This document shows positions 61,399 to 64,000 of a DNA stretch of 64,000 nt, piece by piece. Origin of the DNA: an uncultured Pseudobdellovibrionaceae bacterium (GTDB taxonomy: Bacteria; Pseudomonadota; Alphaproteobacteria; Micavibrionales; Micavibrionaceae); assembly GCA_964611755.1 (NCBI GenBank), contig CAZTBB010000007.1, positions 490 through 64,489 on the forward strand. The letters are read 5' to 3'. The position numbers were made by a program, and so were the translations under genes. Each line of letters starts with the position of its first letter. Position 1 is the stretch's first letter. Under the pieces are notes generated by a model. That model did no database searches, was not told the origin of the DNA, and worked only from the letters and a program-made list of their open reading frames with translations.

Positions 61399-61737
61399 TT
61401 AACGCCAATGGCCGGGATTATCCGGATCATTGTTATTGGGAATACCATCTAAATGGGTTTTAAGTTGGTTTAGCAACCCAATAAGCGTAGCAGATTTTCT
61501 CATAAAATCATCTTCGGGAACCAAAAAAGAATAGAGCGGATCATCATTGCGAATATCAGGAAAATAGACTTCGGCCACAAGATGGCTTTTCCGGCCATCC
61601 GATTTCAAAGGCAAAAGAATATTCAGACCTGAATCGGTAGTAAGGCATGTGGCGCCGCTTGCTTGTTTGAAATCCAGAACAGCGCGACGCTCGGGGCCTG
61701 ATAGTGTGACCCGTTTCTTAGAAGGGGATTTTTTCAT
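61399..61737 (-). CDS. Hypothetical protein
   Basis: 112-aa ORF with no competing ORF and no motif recognised. Confidence 0.45.
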   Translation of the reverse strand: MKKSPSKKRVTLSGPERRAVLDFKQASGATCLTTDSGLNILLPLKSDGRKSHLVAEVYFPDIRNDDPLYSFLVPEDDFMRKSATLIGLLNQLKTHLDGIPNNNDPDNPGHWR

Positions 61738-61778
61738 GACAGCAAATTATCAAAAACAAACTGTTTATGTCAAATATA

Positions 61779-62315
61779 TTATTTTCTGAGACGATCAATC
61801 AGTTTTATCATTTCATCGGACTCCCAATCAGCCCCGATAAATTTCTGTGAAATGGTCTGGTCAGGTGCAATGACAAAGGTCTCGGGCAGTTTAAGTGAGT
61901 GATAGATTTTTTGTGTTATTTTCTGATCTTCATCAAAGCCAATATAAACATTGTCGTTCTTCATATTGGGCTGTGTGTCTGTGAGTTTTTTTAAAAACCA
62001 GTGCATTTTGTCTTCGGTCAAATCAGAGGATAGCGCGATAAACACAACATCATCGGGGTATTGTTCGGCTATATCGAGCAGAACCGGAAATTCTTTGATA
62101 CATGGCGGACACCAGCTAGCCCAGAAATTGAGCAGTACAATTTTACCCTCAAAGCTGCGTAAGGATTCATAGCGTTTTTGAGTATCGGTAAAGAAAAAAT
62201 CAGGCGCTTTTTCTGCACTGCCCTGCTTGGGGGGGGCGGATCCATGGTCCAGCCAGTAGGTCAATCCGGCCGTGAAGATAATAATGGCAACGACAATCAG
62301 AATATTACGGCTCAT
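61779..62315 (-). CDS. TlpA/ResA-like periplasmic thiol:disulfide oxidoreductase
   Basis: N-terminal anchor 'ILIVVAIIIFTAGL'. Thioredoxin motif 'WASWCPPC'. ATGA start/stop overlap with the upstream ccsA-type gene. Confidence 0.85.
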   Translation of the reverse strand: MSRNILIVVAIIIFTAGLTYWLDHGSAPPKQGSAEKAPDFFFTDTQKRYESLRSFEGKIVLLNFWASWCPPCIKEFPVLLDIAEQYPDDVVFIALSSDLTEDKMHWFLKKLTDTQPNMKNDNVYIGFDEDQKITQKIYHSLKLPETFVIAPDQTISQKFIGADWESDEMIKLIDRLRK

Positions 62316-64000
62316 AGCTGTGTTCTCTCCTTCCATCGGATCGCAATCCAAAGCCCGCCGATAAGGGCTGTTTGGGTGGCCACGAAAATGGCCAATCCAG
62401 TGGCCAGACCGGATGTAAATCCATAGGAATGTAAACCAACGCCAAGCAGGTTCACACCGAACCAGGCAAGGGCAACAATAACATTGAGATAAGCAATTGA
62501 GGCATGGAAAGGAAGCGGTTTAATGTGTCCTGAGAGGCGGCCATGTTGAATCCAGATCAGCCAGAGGACAATCAGCAAGGCACCATTTTCTTTTGGGTCC
62601 CATCCCCAAAAACGCCCCCATGATTGATCGGCCCAAATCCCCCCCAGAATTGTTCCGATGGCGGTAAGCAAAAGGGCAAAGAGCGAGAGTTTGTAGACAT
62701 TATTTTGCAGGAAAATCATCAGGCCGCCGCGCATGTCAAAGAGCCGCGCGATAAGATAACCATGGGACAAGAGCGCGCATAAAACGCAAGCACCATAGCC
62801 CGCTGTGATGATAATCACATGGGTGGCGAGCCAAAAATTCGTGTTCAGAACGGCCACTAAAACTTCGAGTGAGTCAGCATTGGGCGCGGTGATAGGTGCC
62901 ATTGCCAATAATCCGATGGCTGCTATTGACCCTATGACGCCGAGCACGGGCTTTCTTTGCAGCAAAGCGATGAGCAATGCGAGGAACGCCGTCACCCATG
63001 ATACAAATAAGACGGATTCATAAAGCGTGCCGACAGGGGGGCGTTCGAGAATATAGATACGGGCAAAAATGGCGAGCCCATGCGCAGCAATGGCTCCGGC
63101 AAAAGCGAGCGATGTTGAATGCCTTAATACAAAACAATCAGGCTTTCCAAGTGCCCAAAGCCCGAGCAAAAAGGCGATAAAATAAAGCGCCATAACGATG
63201 CGATATGGTTTGATATTTTGATAGACCAGCTCGGTCTGCAATCTGGTTTTTGAAATGCTCTGCCCGTTAAGCTCAAGCGCGAAGGCAAGAGTCGCTCGTG
63301 AGCTTAGTTCAAAATCCATGGCATTATTCGTACGATAGGCCAAGGCCATATCAGCCCATAAATCCAGAAATGCCCGGTGCTCTTCACTCAGAGAGTCCGT
63401 TGTCACTTGCCATGGATTCACCCATTGTTTGTGATCATTTATGGACGGAATAATTTGAAAGATTTGTCCAAGCGATCCGGCTTCGGAAATTTGATCCAAT
63501 TGATAAACCAGCACGGCGAGCGCCTGTTCATCATCCGAATAATTTTCGGGGTTATCGCCTTTCTTTCCAATTAACTGTTTTAGCTCGGATTTGAGTGCAA
63601 TTTTTACCGGCAACAGATCGAGATAGGTCGGGTTTAACCCTTCGGTTTGATATTTCTCCGGCAGGCTTACCTGCAGAGGTAAAACCATGGAGAGTGAGCG
63701 CAATAATTTCATCAGGCTTACCGATGATTCATGCAGGGCCAAAAGGTCTTTTTCATCAAGGCTGAGATCATCTTGTTCTTTTTCCATCAGTGGCAAGAGA
63801 TCAGCAGATGTTTGGCTTAACCCTGCGTTGAGTTCTTGGAGTGAGAAATATGTGCGCTCCTTATCCAATCCGAATTTATTGCGCAAATGGTCGTTGCGTA
63901 CGGCGATAAGGGGTTTTTCAATGGCTTGAGCAGGATTGAATAAAATCTCGGCCAAAAGGCGCGTGGCTTCAATGCCTTTATATGTGTCGTTGCCGTGGAT
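62312..64000 (-). CDS. ccsA: Cytochrome c biogenesis System II heme-handling protein (CcsA/ResC-type, probably fused CcsBA), 5' end outside window
   Basis: Trp-rich signature 'WGRFWGWDPKENGALLIVLW' and multiple TM helices. The reading frame stays open to nt 64000 (…IHGNDTYKGIEATRLL-AEILF), with a long soluble region before the TM core. Confidence 0.85.
   Translation of the reverse strand: MHGNDTYKGIEATRLLAEILFNPAQAIEKPLIAVRNDHLRNKFGLDKERTYFSLQELNAGLSQTSADLLPLMEKEQDDLSLDEKDLLALHESSVSLMKLLRSLSMVLPLQVSLPEKYQTEGLNPTYLDLLPVKIALKSELKQLIGKKGDNPENYSDDEQALAVLVYQLDQISEAGSLGQIFQIIPSINDHKQWVNPWQVTTDSLSEEHRAFLDLWADMALAYRTNNAMDFELSSRATLAFALELNGQSISKTRLQTELVYQNIKPYRIVMALYFIAFLLGLWALGKPDCFVLRHSTSLAFAGAIAAHGLAIFARIYILERPPVGTLYESVLFVSWVTAFLALLIALLQRKPVLGVIGSIAAIGLLAMAPITAPNADSLEVLVAVLNTNFWLATHVIIITAGYGACVLCALLSHGYLIARLFDMRGGLMIFLQNNVYKLSLFALLLTAIGTILGGIWADQSWGRFWGWDPKENGALLIVLWLIWIQHGRLSGHIKPLPFHASIAYLNVIVALAWFGVNLLGVGLHSYGFTSGLATGLAIFVATQTALIGGLWIAIRWKERTQL

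Noticed and set aside
1-64000. tRNA, rRNA, CRISPR arrays, insertion sequences, integrases and prophage genes
   Set aside because: No intergenic gap shows tRNA-like T-arm/acceptor features or spaced direct repeats. No ORF has transposase or integrase motifs (DDE, or the R..H..R..Y tyrosine-recombinase signature).

Overview
The gene content and order (rho, mnmE, mnmG, rsmG, parA, parB, then hslU, leuS, serB/serC/serA, radA, cvpA-purF) look like origin-proximal chromosome of an alphaproteobacterium of moderate GC. I cannot name the genus. About 50 protein-coding genes are supported, and most are housekeeping. I found no rRNA, tRNA, CRISPR array, transposase or integrase. The least ordinary stretch is about 38.3-51.2 kb. 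It is bounded by intrinsic terminators and contains three tandem paralogs of an unrecognised protein family. It also holds a CheY-like regulator with an Arg-rich tail next to an HPt-like protein that lacks the phospho-accepting His. Next comes a 2,604-aa type-I-secreted repeat adhesin with four near-identical ~850-bp tandem units and LapG-type TAAG/PAAG motifs, followed by a TolC-family gene with no adjacent ABC or MFP genes. Other points worth a second look:
- Three parS palindromes lie inside mnmE, mnmG and rsmG, all in the same reading frame (VSRET).
- A perfect sigma54 -24/-12 promoter sits in front of two orphan genes.
- An FtsH-type M41 peptidase without an AAA module and a stand-alone Clp-D1-type AAA+ protein are interleaved with the serine-biosynthesis genes.
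- hslU has no adjacent hslV.
- There is an orphan DUF5706/PycTM-like membrane protein.
- A System-II (CcsA-type) cytochrome c biogenesis gene is translationally coupled to a TlpA-like thioredoxin.
- Several convergent gene pairs overlap at their stop codons.
All functional calls rest on motifs read by eye from the translations. No database search was run.
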